From Macrostomum hystrix (Eukaryota; Animalia; Platyhelminthes), in NCBI GenBank assembly GCA_950097015.1, contig CATNEN010000033.1, positions 1,922,001-1,986,000 of the forward strand: 64,000 nt of DNA, given 5' to 3'. The notes under the pieces are model-generated. The model made no database searches. It saw only the letters and a program-made list of their open reading frames with translations, and had not been told where the DNA came from. Below are positions 13,162 to 27,500 of the stretch, piece by piece. Made by a program: the position numbers and the translations under genes. The first letter of the stretch is position 1; each line of letters opens with the position of its first letter.

Positions 13162-13489
13162 TACACACGATGATAGTTCAAAGCAATTGGTAATAGCAAA
13201 AACTCGTCCGCCAATTAGCAAACTATTTTGCTTGGATTGTATGTCACACTTTTGCTTTGATACTTGCCTGAAAAACATGCTTCATTAGCCTCACTCCATA
13301 AAGTACACGGCTTAAAGCTTCATCTAACGGATTACCTGCCTTGCAGCTAGCGAATCACAAATTTCCTGACTTCTAACTTCTATTCTTTCTTTGCCTTAGA
13401 GTCTCTGCGTTGCTTCTAAGCCAGCAAATTTTAGTGTGGAGTTTTCTTCTGAACATTTTACTTATAGTAGGAAAGCATGCGTAATTTAT

Positions 13490-14280
13490 TGTGATGATGG
13501 GGCTCGAGGGCTCCATCCCCACGGGGCGCCCCACGGACCCGGGCTCGCATACTGACCCTGGCTACGGTCGTCCCCACCGACTCGCGTACGACACAGAGTC
13601 GGTTGGGCTAGGCAGATCGAGCGTACGACGCACGACGGCCTCCAGCGAGCGTACGACGCACACTGGTTGAGGTGGGGATCGGCGTACGACGCTCCACTTC
13701 CTCTAAGGTGCCTAAAGCTAGCCCGCAAAGGACAAACGCGTAGTCGAAGGCTTACCAACCAGAAGTTCGCACAGTCGCGCGGCGCAGGCAGGGCCGGATG
13801 ACCGGAAGTCAAACCCGTATATTGTTACTCAGTCGAGTAGTGTGACTCAGGCTGGGCAGCGTTCCCGTAGAGGGGGGGCCAGGCAGTCGTGATTTTAGGT
13901 GTCGTACGTAGTTGGCTTGAGGGGGGCCGGCGGTGGCAGAGGCTAGGGTCCAGCGCTCCACAATAAATAGCACCGCGGCGGGGGGAGAGCCCGGGGCTAA
14001 AGCCCCACCCCCGAGGGGCCAGGGCAGACCCAAAACCCCCAAAAAACACGGCCCGCCAATCAGCGCAGCGCACGGCATAAATAACTAGGGGGGAGGGAGG
14101 GTGCATCAACCGGTGTAAGCCGGCCGAGTGAACAACAACAGGGGGAGAGGCGCAGGGTCGAAATGGCCCAGCCAATCAGCGCGGCGCAGGCCGAGATAAA
14201 GAATAAACAGCCAAGTGCGGGGGGGTGCAGCGCACTCACACAAGGTGCACTGGGCACTTTCATTCAGCCCAGTCACCACA
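13490..14280. mobile_element. Solo LTR (probably Ty3/Gypsy-type)
   Basis: Starts TGTGATGA and ends TCACCACA (7/8 inverted termini, TG..CA). 4-bp TSD TTAT at 13486-13489 and 14281-14284. GC-rich interior with two GCCAATCAGCG boxes and AATAAA. Confidence 0.7.
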
Positions 14281-14606
14281 TTATATTGACGAGAAATATG
14301 CCTATGGGTTCTCTTAGTACGAGCATGATTGAATTCTTATTTGATAAATTCTGGGAATCGGCAAAAAGCTTCCTGGTTTAGAATCAAGTTTTAATGCTTT
14401 AGTAAATCTGTATACGGATTTATCGGACTTATTTCGGAATAGTGGCATACGAATATCACACAGTTTTAATTTTATATATTCTAATAGTACTACTCTCATC
14501 GAGCAGTGTGGCATTTTATTTATAAACAAAAATATACGAGTTAACAATACTAGGAGTGCACGCAAGTTCTCAGCAAGATTCACCGCAGAACAAGTGCTGC
14601 TGACAG

Positions 14607-16227
14607 TCAGCCCTGGCCAGAGTCTTGCCCAGCCTCAGAAACTGCAGCCGAGACGGGAAATTTCGGCTCCTGTTTGTCCTCCTGTTTCCAGAAACTCCCT
14701 GACAAACGCTGAGTAGCTTCAAAATCGCCATTCCTCGACTCTAAGAGGCTTCGCGCCAAGCACATCAGCCGCGCGAGGCGCTCGGTAGTGATTCGCTCAG
14801 CCTCCTGGTCCTGTTGCTGCGGATTTGTCTTGTCCTGCAGCCGCTGTTCCCTGCCATCAGGTGGCACCAGGCCGCCTCGCAGCGGTCCCTGCAGATGGGC
14901 CAGCCGGTCCCGGATGCGGCCTTTGTCTTCGACGCTGAGGACTCGCCTGCCGCCAGTGCCGACGGTGGCGCAGGCTGCCTCAAGGTGTTGTCGTAGACGC
15001 GAGCTCAACTCGTGCGCTTCCAGTACGCATCGGTAGGAGCGCATTCGCTCCTCGAAGCTGTCCCCTTCGGCATCGCCGACTGTGTCATTGTCACCAGCTT
15101 CGTCATTTATACCGCTTGACACGACAGCCGTATCTTCAGCTACTGCTGTCTTTTTTTCACGGTCAATGTTGGTCGGAGCGCCGTTGCACGAGAGCCCCAG
15201 GCCGGAGTCGCTGCCCCAAAGACGCTCTTCATTGGAGCGCGCAGCGGCAGCTGCTGCTGCTTCCAGCATCGAGGAGCCGGCTCCGCTCTGAGAATCACTT
15301 CCCCCAGCGTCGCCTTCGTTGTCACTGTCTAGCAGGGCTCGTACTGCTCGGCTCAAGCTGCTTGCCTCCAGCTTCGACGGAGACGGCGGCGCTGATTGAC
15401 GGACTTGTCTACTGCTGACACCGGCGTAAGTGTGATTGAATTTGTACATGTCGGCTCTGGACGAGGACCCCGCTGATGCAGCCACGGCTTCGGCCTTTGC
15501 CAACTTCTCAGCTCGTTGACGCTCCTCGTAGCGATCGCGGAGTTGCTGGCGCCAGCGTCGTTCGAGATGCTCGTGCATACTTGGCCACAGGCTCTGGAGG
15601 TCTACTGCAAGAGCGAGTGGAATTTCTGCTGCTCAGATACAATCCTCGATTTTAAAATAGCTATTTAAATTGAACATTGCCTAATCGATCAAGTGTAAAT
15701 ACGACGCTAAAACATGGTCCTGTGTCTTACCGCGTGGCCTGTAAATCAACTTAGCATATATAGAGCTTACGTTTAGCTGGTGAAGAGTAGCACGGCTCCG
15801 TGTAGCCCATCTTTCGGTCGACATCTTGCAGAATGCAGCGCGTCTTGACGCTTACGGGACTCCTAGCGAAGTTTTGTCCTCTGGTCCCGCTGCCGCAGAG
15901 TAAATCCCAAGCGTCAGTTTCAGTGTTCTTCGGTAGCCGCGCACCAAGAACCTGACCCTCTGTTGCTGCCGAGATCGTCGCAGAAGTCCGCTCTTGTTCG
16001 AAGCGATCAATGTAGCTCTCTAATTGCTCGGATGCCGATTTGAATTGCGTCTGCTGTCGACTAGAGGTAGGGTAGATGCTGCTAGATGTGGCTGTGGTGG
16101 CACGCGCTGCCGGACCAGGACAACGCAATTCCAGGTGACTGCTGCTGCCCCACTGCGGCGCTCTCGTTCGGTAGGATGACGGGATCTCAAGCGGCGAGTG
16201 ATGATGGCAGCAGCCTCGGAGTTCCAT
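14607..16227 (-). CDS. Uncharacterised low-complexity/coiled-coil protein, at least 2 exons (16227?-15771, 15604-14607)
   Basis: Two long GC-rich ORFs joined by phase-1 intron C|GTAAGC..TTGCAG|TA. No recognisable domain. The 5' start is uncertain. Confidence 0.55.
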
Positions 16228-18182
16228 CGGTTGAAAGCCTCCACTGTTTACTTTTCAACTTTCACCACAGTAACAGCCAACTCGAGCAGTATTAGAGCGG
16301 CTGCGGCAGGTCCGCGAGAGAATTAAAAGTTTTAAGGCGCAGAAGAGCGAGAGGGAGAGAGAGCGCGTGTGTGGTATTTCACGGCTATTAAAACTGTCTC
16401 CTGGGGTAAATGCCCATACAAGCTGGGAGCGAGAGTATAGAAAGAAAAGAGGCTAGACAGCTTCGACGGCGGATTGGCATAGTAGAGAAGAGACTGGGGA
16501 GCACCAGGGCTGCCTGGCTTCTGATTGATGGCATTTGCGTGCTTTCCAGTGTTTGTGTGTGCAGCCCCAGCCAACCCCCGCCTGCCAGCACTGATGAGCT
16601 GCAGAGCTAATACCGCCTCACCTGTGCTGCGCGCAGGTGGGGTGGGGTCAGAGGGCCCGACAGTTGAACGTGACTGAGCTGGGGTTGCCATTCTCTCTCC
16701 TGTTTGACCCTCCCCCACCCTGCGTGCCTCTTCAATTCTTTGCTTGGCTTTGCTGGCAAGCCAAACAAACAGCGCGGGCTTCAGTTGGCAAACTTTCCTG
16801 CCCCAGCCGAGCCGCGTTGGGGTCGCGCATTTTCAGTACTCCGCAGTCGCTTTTACCGAACAGTTTTGTGCTGCCCAAATTGGAACATCGGTGCGGCGAA
16901 TGCGCGGCCGAATGCATGTTCGACCCGCCTCTATGGTGAAGACTCGAACTTCTGCTCACCTGCCGACACGGCACGCAGGCTGCAAGAATTTTTCAGCACT
17001 GCTCTGAAGTGTCTGTGCACCGCTCCTAAGATTTATTCAAAATCATTTCTTATATTTTAAGAGCCAAAAGTCCGTTTCTTTGATAAAACGTGTCAAGTGG
17101 GTTGTAATGGGATTAGCAAGGGACACACTGCACCTTGTTAATTAATCATTTGAGCGAAAATATCGCTGCATTGAGAACTTAACTCATCAGCAATTCAGAT
17201 GGGAGAGGAGTTTAAGAGGCCGAGGCTCTGAGTTGAGTTTGTTTCAATTTTGAGACCGCCCGCTGTGAACGTGCTGCGGGCATTTAGCTTTTATTTATGC
17301 CTTTTAGAATAAAATGAAGGCATGAGCAGTGGCCGGGCATTATGAATATTGCTATGCAGGTTAGCAGACCGCCACAGTGAGGCACAATGCGCAATTGAAA
17401 ATAGCAGCTAAGCTATAGACAGTGGCGGCTCCATTGGGTCTCAGCTTGTGGCGACTCTGGCTTGATCTGAGCATATTTGCGGGCCACTCCGTCCTCGAGC
17501 TTGTTTTGATGCCGAGCTCTTCACATACGTGTAACGCCTAATCCCTTATAATCCGAGCAAGAATGCTGCTCATTGTCCGCCGCTGCGAAAGACGATGGGG
17601 CCGAGCAGGGGGCTACAAGAGACAAGACATTCTACATAATACAAAGCCATCTTTTCATTCGCATCTCAATGTGCAAAATTGACACAATGTCTTATATTTC
17701 CTGTTCGAAGCTTGTGCATTTTGTATTTTAATGAAATAAACAACTACTGTGCTTTCTACTCAAAATGAAAAGTTCTTACGATGAGCAGATAACAAAGACA
17801 ACGAATCTGGATTTCGAAATTTTACCACCATGCCGTGTGAAGTCAATTCATATAATATTGTTCAACTGGCCTTTTTTACAAGGACAACTTGGAATTACGT
17901 ATATAAGTAGTATCTACGAGAGTTAAGTAGTCCTTGCTTTAACAAAATAATTTTACCGTCGCGTATTTTCTCGCTTCGGTGAAGTTTTTCAGGGTGTCTG
18001 AGCTTAGAATACTCGTATTATTTAGAACTAAAAGTATAATAATTATGCAAGGGCCCGGAAATCTGGCTTAGGAAAAGAAGATGCGAAACAGGAATTTTTC
18101 CTTGAGAAAAGACAATAAAAAAGTCAATTCACTACTATCATGAGTAGTGCACTCTGCAAAAATATACATCAGTCGAGTGCAG

Positions 18183-20084
18183 CTAATATGCCGGCGTCTG
18201 TGGTGGCTCCGGCGAATTGACGGGATTTCTCGGCTGTGCCCAGGTGTCTTCGGCCTGTTCACGTAGGGCCGACACGGCAGACGATGGTTGGCGCTGTTGC
18301 GAATACGAAAATTGCTGCTGCTGCTGCTGCTGCTGATGCTGAGTGGCCCGGCAGCCGCGATGACGCGGCAGCGCGGCCGAAACTCGCAGGCACTCGCCGG
18401 CCGTAGCGTCCGGCAAAGTGTCCATCGATAGTTGCCAATTTTGCGGTACAGGTGACACGGCGGCAGACGCTGCTGTCCCGGATGCCGTTCTGCGACGGTA
18501 GCTGACGGCAGTTCGACTCCTCCTGGCGGTGGCAAGCGACTCTCTGCCGCCAGCGGTGGTCGAGGCCGCCCCGGTGGAGACTGAGCGACTATAAAATCCA
18601 CTCCCGCCGACGACTGCTGCGGCCGAATGAACCAGAAGATCTGGGAGGAGAAACGATGGCGGCGGTGGTGTGGGCGGCAGCAGTGGTGTGCGTCGAGGCG
18701 GCTGCAGTCGCCGTCTCTGGCGATGCGCACTCTCCGGTGCGGCGGCGACCGAGAACGCAAAGGCACCGGCAAAGACGGAGGAGAAAATCGACGCCGACTG
18801 TTCTGAGGTGGCGGCAGCAGCGAATGCTGTGGAGACGGACGGCGAGGTCGCAGACCGATGCGAGGCAACGAAGAAGCAGGGCGCTGCGGCGGAGTTCGCG
18901 GCTGCGTCAACAATGCCGGAAGGCACTCTGTGTCCGCGCAGGTAGCCGATCGAAGGCGGAATGTGTCCCCGGCGTCGGCGCATGATGTCCACATCGCGGG
19001 CCATCTGGGCCAGCTGGTGGCTGCTGGGTGAGAGTGGCCGCTGCTCCCAGCGATGGAGGCGACGGCGCGCCGGTGACAGAGCTGGCTCCGCGCTCGCTGA
19101 TAGGGAGTTTGAGGGCGGGCGGCTGGTGTGGACCGTTTGACAGCTGAAAGATAACTCAGCATACGAAGACGAAAAACTGTAGAATTTACGAAAAAAATCG
19201 TAAAATCTCATGTTCATTAGCTTGGCTTAATTCCCCAATCCTAGTCTTAGAGTTACTCGATAGAATTAGTGCAAAGGCTATAGAATTTAGTCACAATGAC
19301 GGCATATCCCGTACAGTGAAATAAATCTATCAAACAATGGAACCTGCATGGACCCGAATTAACTGACTGGATAGCCTTAAAACCGAATTATGCAAAGACT
19401 AACAGAATGCGAGTCAATTGTCATAAATTATCTTAAACCGCTCCCTTTGCATTCCATAATTCTCTCAGAAAGACAGTAATTGAGCTTGACCTGAGCAGTT
19501 TGGGATCCGACCAGAAGCAATAGAGTCTAATCTACGGATATGTAAATTTACTGAGTATTCTCAAGGTAGGACAGCAGACAGGCGCTCACTCGGATGAAGC
19601 CAATCCAGGTCTATGCAGCTTTGGAGTAGGCAGTGCAGGAAAACTCCTATCGGACTCGTCTGAGCAGCTCAGGGGTCCGGAAGCCGTCGCGGTGCAGTGC
19701 GGGCCTTTTGGCAGCTGGGCTGCAGGGGGGCTCCTTCTAAGTCTTTTATGGCCTTCTTCTAAGCAGCGCATTGTCGGAGGGAGTGGGGTAGGCGAGCCGA
19801 TGGCTTCCGGGCCGCTGGGTGAGGAGATCCCGCAGATGGGGCAGTCGGCTGCCAGTGTCTCCGCCACGTTGTATCGTTCTATAGCAACAACAATGGCGTT
19901 TGGAGGGGGTAGGCATTCAGATCGCTTTTGAGCAGTATGGGACAGGATGGCATGCCAGCTCAGGCTCGGGAGAATGCCACGAGGAGTCACAGAGATGGAG
20001 CGGAACACAGCTGGTGGGGGTGAGAAGCAGCGTGTGCTGAGAACGAGCTCCAATCCCGTGCCGTGAGCATTCCATATTTCATGC
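18183..20084 (-). CDS. Uncharacterised Ser/Pro/Ala/Gln-rich protein, exons about 20084-19590 and 19143-18183, 5' end not identified
   Basis: Phase-2 intron GA|GTGAGC..TTTCAG|C joins the 19586-20053 and 18183-19217 ORFs. No in-frame ATG at the top of the first ORF, and a possible acceptor at 20085 suggests further upstream exons. Confidence 0.45.
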
Positions 20085-20209
20085 CTGTACTAATAATGCT
20101 CACTAAAATTTTCCGGGAAAATTGCAGACTGATAAAAAGCGTCGAAGACACGTTTTTGGAGATTAGCGAATTCGGAGAAAAACGGAAAAACGGAAATCTG
20201 TGAAAAACG

Positions 20210-23200
20210 GAGATTGGTGAATTCTGAGATTGGGAATTCTGAGTTTAGGAATTCGGAGATTGGGAATTCGGAGATTGGGAATTCGGAGATTGGGAATTCG
20301 GAGATTGGTGAATTCTGAGATTGGAAATTCTGAGATTGGGAATTCTGAGTTTAGGAATTCGGAGATTGGGAATTCGGAGATTGGTGAATTCGGAGATTGG
20401 GAATTCGGAGATTGGGAATTCGGAGATTGGGAATTCTGAGTATAGGAATTCGGAGATTGGGAATTCTGAGTTTAGGAATTCGGAGATTGGGAATTCTGAG
20501 TTTAGGAATTCGGAGATTGGGAATTCTGAGTATAGGAATTCGGAGATTGGGAATTCGGAGATTGGGAATTCGGAGATTGGGAATTCGGAGATTGGGAATT
20601 CTGAGTTTAGGAATTCGGAGATTGGGAATTCTGAGTATAGGAATTCGAAGATTGGGAATTCGGAGATTGGGAATTCGGAGATTGGGAATTCTGAGTATAG
20701 GAATTCGAAGATTGGGAATTCGGAGATTGGGAATTCGGAGATTGGTGAATTCGGAGATTGGGAATTCGGAGATTGGTGAATTCGGAGATTGGTGAATTCG
20801 GAGATTGGTGAATTCGGAGATTGGTGAATTCGGAGATTGGTGAATTCGGAGATTGGTGAATTCGGAGATTGGGAATTCTGAGTTTAGGAATTCGGAGATT
20901 GGGAATTCTGAGTTTAGGAATTCGGAGATTGGGAATTCTGAGTTTAGGAATTCGGAGATTGGGAATTCTGAGTTTAGGAATTAGGAGATTGGGAATTCTG
21001 AGTATAGGAATTCGGAGATTGGGAATTCGGAGATTGGTGAATTCGGAGATTGGGAATTCGGAGATTGGGAATTCGGAGATTGGGAATTCTGAGTATAGGA
21101 ATTTGGAGATTGGGAATTCTGAGTTTAGAAATTCGGAGATTGGGAATTCTGAGTTTAGGAATTCGGAGATTGGGAATTCTGAGTTTAGGAATTCGGAGAT
21201 TGGGAATTCTGAGTTTAGGAATTCGGAGATTGGGAATTCTGAGTTTAGGAATTAGGAGATTGGGAATTCTGAGTATAGGAATTCGGAGATTGGGAATTCG
21301 GAGATTGGTGAATTCGGAGATTGGGAATTCGGAGATTGGGAATTCGGAGATTGGGAATTCTGAGTATAGGAATTCGGAGATTGGGAATTCGGAGATTGGG
21401 AATTCGGAGATTGGGAATTCGGAGATTGGGAATTCTGAGTTTAGGAATTCGGAGATTGGGAATTCTGAGTATAGGAATTCGAAGATTGGGAATTCGGAGA
21501 TTGGGACTTCGGAGATTGGGAATTCTGAGTATAGGAATTCGAAGATTGGGAATTCGGAGATTGGGAATTCGGAGATTGGTGAATTCGGAGATTGGGAATT
21601 CTGAGTTTAGGAATTCGGAGATTGGGAATTCTGAGTTTAGGAATTCGGAGATTGGGAATTCTGAGTTTAGGAATTCGGAGATTGGGAATTCTGAGTTTAG
21701 GAATTCGGAGATTGGGAATTCTGAGTTTAGGAATTCGGAGATTGGGAATTCTGAGTATAGGAATTCGAAGATTGGGAATTCGGAGATTGGGAATTCGGAG
21801 ATTGGGAATTCTGAGTATAGGAATTCGAAGATTGGGAATTCGGAGATTGGGAATTCGGAGATTGGTGAATTCGGAGATTGGGAATTCTGAGTTTAGGAAT
21901 TCGGAGATTGGGAATTCTGAGTTTAGGAATTCGGAGATTGGGAATTCTGAGTTTAGGAATTCGGAGATTGGGAATTCTGAGTTTAGGAATTCGGAGATTG
22001 GGAATTCTGAGTTTAGGAATTCGGAGATTGGGAATTCTGAGTTTAGGAATTCGGAGATTGGGAATTCTGAGTATAGGAATTCGGAGATTGGGAATTCGGA
22101 GATTGGTGAATTCGGAGATTGGGAATTCGGAGATTGGGAATTCGGAGATTGGGAATTCTGAGTATAGGAATTTGGAGATTGGGAATTCTGAGTTTAGAAA
22201 TTCGGAGATTGGGAATTCGGAGATTGGGAATTCTGAGTTTAGGAATTCGGAGATTGGGAATTCTGAGTTTAGGAATTCGGATATTGGGAATTCTGAGTTT
22301 AGGAATTCGGAGATTGGGAATTCTGAGTTTAGGAATTCGGAGATTGGGAATTCTGAGTATAGGAATTCGGAGATTGGGAATTCTGAGTTTAGGAATTCGG
22401 AGATTGGGAATTCGGAGATTGGGAATTCTGAGTTTAGGAATTCGGAGATTGGGAATTCTGAGTATAGGAATTCGAAGTTTAGGAATTCGGAGATTGGGAA
22501 TTCTGAGTATAGGAATTCGAAGATTGGGAATTCGGAGATTGGGAATTCGGAGATTGGTGAATTCGGAGATTGGGAATTCTGAGTTTAGGAATTCGGAGAT
22601 TGGGAATTCTGAGTTTAGGAATTCGGAGATTGGGAATTCTGAGTTTAGGAATTCGGAGATTGGGAATTCGGAGATTGGGAATTCTGAGTATGGGAATTCG
22701 GAGATTGGTGAATTCGGAGATTGGGAATTCGGAGATTGGTGAATTCGGAGATTGGGAATTCTGAGTTTAGGAATTCGGAGATTGGGAATTCTGAGTTTAG
22801 GAATTCGGAGATTGGGAATTCTGAGTTTAGGAATTCGGAGATTGGGAATTCTGAGTTTAGGAATTCGGAGATTGGGAATTCTGAGTTTAGGAATTCGGAG
22901 ATTGGGAATTCTGAGTATAGGAATTCGAAGATTGGGAATTCGGAGATTGGGAATTCGGAGATTGGGAATTCTGAGTATAGGAATTCGAAGATTGGGAATT
23001 CGGAGATTGGGAATTCGGAGATTGGTGAATTCGGAGATTGGGAATTCTGAGTTTAGGAATTCGGAGATTGGGAATTCTGAGTTTAGGAATTCGGAGATTG
23101 GGAATTCTGAGTTTAGGAATTCGGAGATTGGGAATTCTGAGTTTAGGAATTCGGAGATTGGGAATTCTGAGTTTAGGAATTCGGAGATTGGGAATTCTGA

Positions 23201-26200
23201 GTTTAGGAATTCGGAGATTGGGAATTCTGAGTATAGGAATTCGGAGATTGGGAATTCGGAGATTGGTGAATTCGGAGATTGGGAATTCGGAGATTGGGAA
23301 TTCGGAGATTGGGAATTCTGAGTATAGGAATTTGGAGATTGGGAATTCTGAGTTTAGAAATTCGGAGATTGGGAATTCGGAGATTGGGAATTCTGAGTTT
23401 AGGAATTCGGAGATTGGGAATTCTGAGTTTAGGAATTCGGATATTGGGAATTCTGAGTTTAGGAATTCGGAGATTGGGAATTCTGAGTTTAGGAATTCGG
23501 AGATTGGGAATTCTGAGTATAGGAATTCGGAGATTGGGAATTCTGAGTTTAGGAATTCGGAGATTGGGAATTCGGAGATTGGGAATTCTGAGTTTAGGAA
23601 TTCGGAGATTGGGAATTCTGAGTATAGGAATTCGAAGATTGGGAATTCGGAGATTGGGAATTCGGAGATTGGGAATTCTGAGTATAGGAATTCGAAGATT
23701 GGGAATTCGGAGATTGGGAATTCGGAGATTGGTGAATTCGGAGATTGGGAATTCGGAGATTGGTGAATTCGGAGATTGGTGAATTCGGAGATTGGTGAAT
23801 TCGGAGATTGGTGAATTCGGAGATTGGTGAATTCGGAGATTGGTGAATTCGGAGATTGGGAATTCTGAGTTTAGGAATTCGGAGATTGGGAATTCTGAGT
23901 TTAGGAATTCGGAGATTGGGAATTCTGAGTTTAGGAATTCGGAGATTGGGAATTCTGAGTTTAGGAATTAGGAGATTGGGAATTCTGAGTATAGGAATTC
24001 GGAGATTGGGAATTCGGAGATTGGTGAATTCGGAGATTGGGAATTCGGAGATTGGGAATTCGGAGATTGGGAATTCTGAGTATAGGAATTTGGAGATTGG
24101 GAATTCTGAGTTTAGAAATTCGGAGATTGGGAATTCTGAGTTTAGGAATTCGGAGATTGGGAATTCTGAGTTTAGGAATTCGGAGATTGGGAATTCTGAG
24201 TTTAGGAATTCGGAGATTGGGAATTCTGAGTTTAGGAATTAGGAGATTGGGAATTCTGAGTATAGGAATTCGGAGATTGGGAATTCGGAGATTGGTGAAT
24301 TCGGAGATTGGGAATTCGGAGATTGGGAATTCGGAGATTGGGAATTCTGAGTATAGGAATTCGGAGATTGGGAATTCGGAGATTGGGAATTCGGAGATTG
24401 GGAATTCGGAGATTGGGAATTCTGAGTTTAGGAATTCGGAGATTGGGAATTCTGAGTATAGGAATTCGAAGATTGGGAATTCGGAGATTGGGACTTCGGA
24501 GATTGGGAATTCTGAGTATAGGAATTCGAAGATTGGGAATTCGGAGATTGGGAATTCGGAGATTGGTGAATTCGGAGATTGGGAATTCTGAGTTTAGGAA
24601 TTCGGAGATTGGGAATTCTGAGTTTAGGAATTCGGAGATTGGGAATTCTGAGTTTAGGAATTCGGAGATTGGGAATTCTGAGTTTAGGAATTCGGAGATT
24701 GGGAATTCTGAGTTTAGGAATTCGGAGATTGGGAATTCTGAGTATAGGAATTCGAAGATTGGGAATTCGGAGATTGGGAATTCGGAGATTGGGAATTCTG
24801 AGTATAGGAATTCGAAGATTGGGAATTCGGAGATTGGGAATTCGGAGATTGGTGAATTCGGAGATTGGGAATTCTGAGTTTAGGAATTCGGAGATTGGGA
24901 ATTCTGAGTTTAGGAATTCGGAGATTGGGAATTCTGAGTTTAGGAATTCGGAGATTGGGAATTCTGAGTTTAGGAATTCGGAGATTGGGAATTCTGAGTT
25001 TAGGAATTCGGAGATTGGGAATTCTGAGTTTAGGAATTCGGAGATTGGGAATTCTGAGTATAGGAATTCGGAGATTGGGAATTCGGAGATTGGTGAATTC
25101 GGAGATTGGGAATTCGGAGATTGGGAATTCGGAGATTGGGAATTCTGAGTATAGGAATTTGGAGATTGGGAATTCTGAGTTTAGAAATTCGGAGATTGGG
25201 AATTCGGAGATTGGGAATTCTGAGTTTAGGAATTCGGAGATTGGGAATTCTGAGTTTAGGAATTCGGATATTGGGAATTCTGAGTTTAGGAATTCGGAGA
25301 TTGGGAATTCTGAGTTTAGGAATTCGGAGATTGGGAATTCTGAGTATAGGAATTCGGAGATTGGGAATTCTGAGTTTAGGAATTCGGAGATTGGGAATTC
25401 GGAGATTGGGAATTCTGAGTTTAGGAATTCGGAGATTGGGAATTCTGAGTATAGGAATTCGAAGTTTAGGAATTCGGAGATTGGGAATTCTGAGTATAGG
25501 AATTCGAAGATTGGGAATTCGGAGATTGGGAATTCGGAGATTGGTGAATTCGGAGATTGGGAATTCTGAGTTTAGGAATTCGGAGATTGGGAATTCTGAG
25601 TTTAGGAATTCGGAGATTGGGAATTCTGAGTTTAGGAATTCGGAGATTGGGAATTCGGAGATTGGGAATTCTGAGTATGGGAATTCGGAGATTGGTGAAT
25701 TCGGAGATTGGGAATTCGGAGATTGGTGAATTCGGAGATTGGGAATTCTGAGTTTAGGAATTCGGAGATTGGGAATTCTGAGTTTAGGAATTCGGAGATT
25801 GGGAATTCTGAGTTTAGGAATTCGGAGATTGGGAATTCTGAGTTTAGGAATTCGGAGATTGGGAATTCTGAGTTTAGGAATTCGGAGATTGGGAATTCTG
25901 AGTATAGGAATTCGAAGATTGGGAATTCGGAGATTGGGAATTCGGAGATTGGGAATTCTGAGTATAGGAATTCGAAGATTGGGAATTCGGAGATTGGGAA
26001 TTCGGAGATTGGTGAATTCGGAGATTGGGAATTCTGAGTTTAGGAATTCGGAGATTGGGAATTCTGAGTTTAGGAATTCGGAGATTGGGAATTCTGAGTT
26101 TAGGAATTCGGAGATTGGGAATTCTGAGTTTAGGAATTCGGAGATTGGGAATTCTGAGTTTAGGAATTCGGAGATTGGGAATTCTGAGTTTAGGAATTCG

Positions 26201-27500
26201 GAGATTGGGAATTCTGAGTATAGGAATTCGGAGATTGGGAATTCGGAGATTGGTGAATTCGGAGATTGGGAATTCGGAGATTGGGAATTCGGAGATTGGG
26301 AATTCTGAGTATAGGAATTTGGAGATTGGGAATTCTGAGTTTAGAAATTCGGAGATTGGGAATTCGGAGATTGGGAATTCTGAGTTTAGGAATTCGGAGA
26401 TTGGGAATTCTGAGTTTAGGAATTCGGATATTGGGAATTCTGAGTTTAGGAATTCGGAGATTGGGAATTCTGAGTTTAGGAATTCGGAGATTGGGAATTC
26501 TGAGTATAGGAATTCGGAGATTGGGAATTCTGAGTTTAGGAATTCGGAGATTGGGAATTCGGAGATTGGGAATTCTGAGTTTAGGAATTCGGAGATTGGG
26601 AATTCTGAGTATAGGAATTCGAAGTTTAGGAATTCGGAGATTGGGAATTCTGAGTATAGGAATTCGAAGATTGGGAATTCGGAGATTGGGAATTCGGAGA
26701 TTGGTGAATTCGGAGATTGGGAATTCTGAGTTTAGGAATTCGGAGATTGGGAATTCTGAGTTTAGGAATTCGGAGATTGGGAATTCTGAGTTTAGGAATT
26801 CGGAGATTGGGAATTCGGAGATTGGGAACTCTGAGTTTAGGAATTCGGAGATTAGTGAATTCGGAGATTGGGAATTCGGGAATTCGGAGACTGGGAATTC
26901 GGAGATTGGGAATTCGGGAATTCGGAGATTGGGAATTCGGAGATTGGGAATTCGGAGATTGGGAATTCTGAGTTTAGGAATTCAGAGATTGGGAATTCTG
27001 AGTATAGAAATTCGGAGATTGGGAATTCGGAGATTGGTGAATTCGGAGATTGGGAATTCGGAGATTGGGAATTCTGAGTTTAGGAACTCGGAGATTGGGA
27101 ATTCTGAGTTTAGGAATTCGGAGATTGGGAATTCGGAGATTGGTGAATTCGGAGATTGGGAACTCTGAGTTTAGGAATTCGGAGATTAGTGAATTCGGAG
27201 ATTGGGAATTCGGGAATTCGGAGACTGGGAATTCGGAGATTGGGAATTCGGGAATTCGGAGATTGGGAATTCGGAGATTGGGAATTCTGAGTTTAGGAAT
27301 TCGGAGATTGGGAATTCGGAGATTGGTGAATTCGGAGATTGGGAATTCGGAGATTGGGAATTCTGAGTTTAGGAATTCAGAGATTGGGAATTCTGAGTTT
27401 AGGAATTCAGAGATTGGGAATTCTGAGTTTAGGAATTCAGAGATTGGTGAATTCGGAGATTGGGAATTCGGGAATTCGGAGACTGGGGAATTCTGAGATT
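20210..27500 (+). repeat. 7.3-kb satellite of 15-bp monomers (GGGAATTCGGAGATT and variants) with higher-order repeats
   Basis: Monomer variants GGGAATTCTGAGTTTA/GTATA and GGTGAATTC. Identical ORF-track patterns recur at offsets of 286, 1160 and 2987 bp. Confidence 0.98.

Noticed and set aside
18068-19162. 364-aa overlapping ORF and other antisense/shadow ORFs over CRYL1, MDH2, HECA, p85 and BAHD
   Set aside because: These are by-products of GC-rich coding sequence, with no motifs or splice support.
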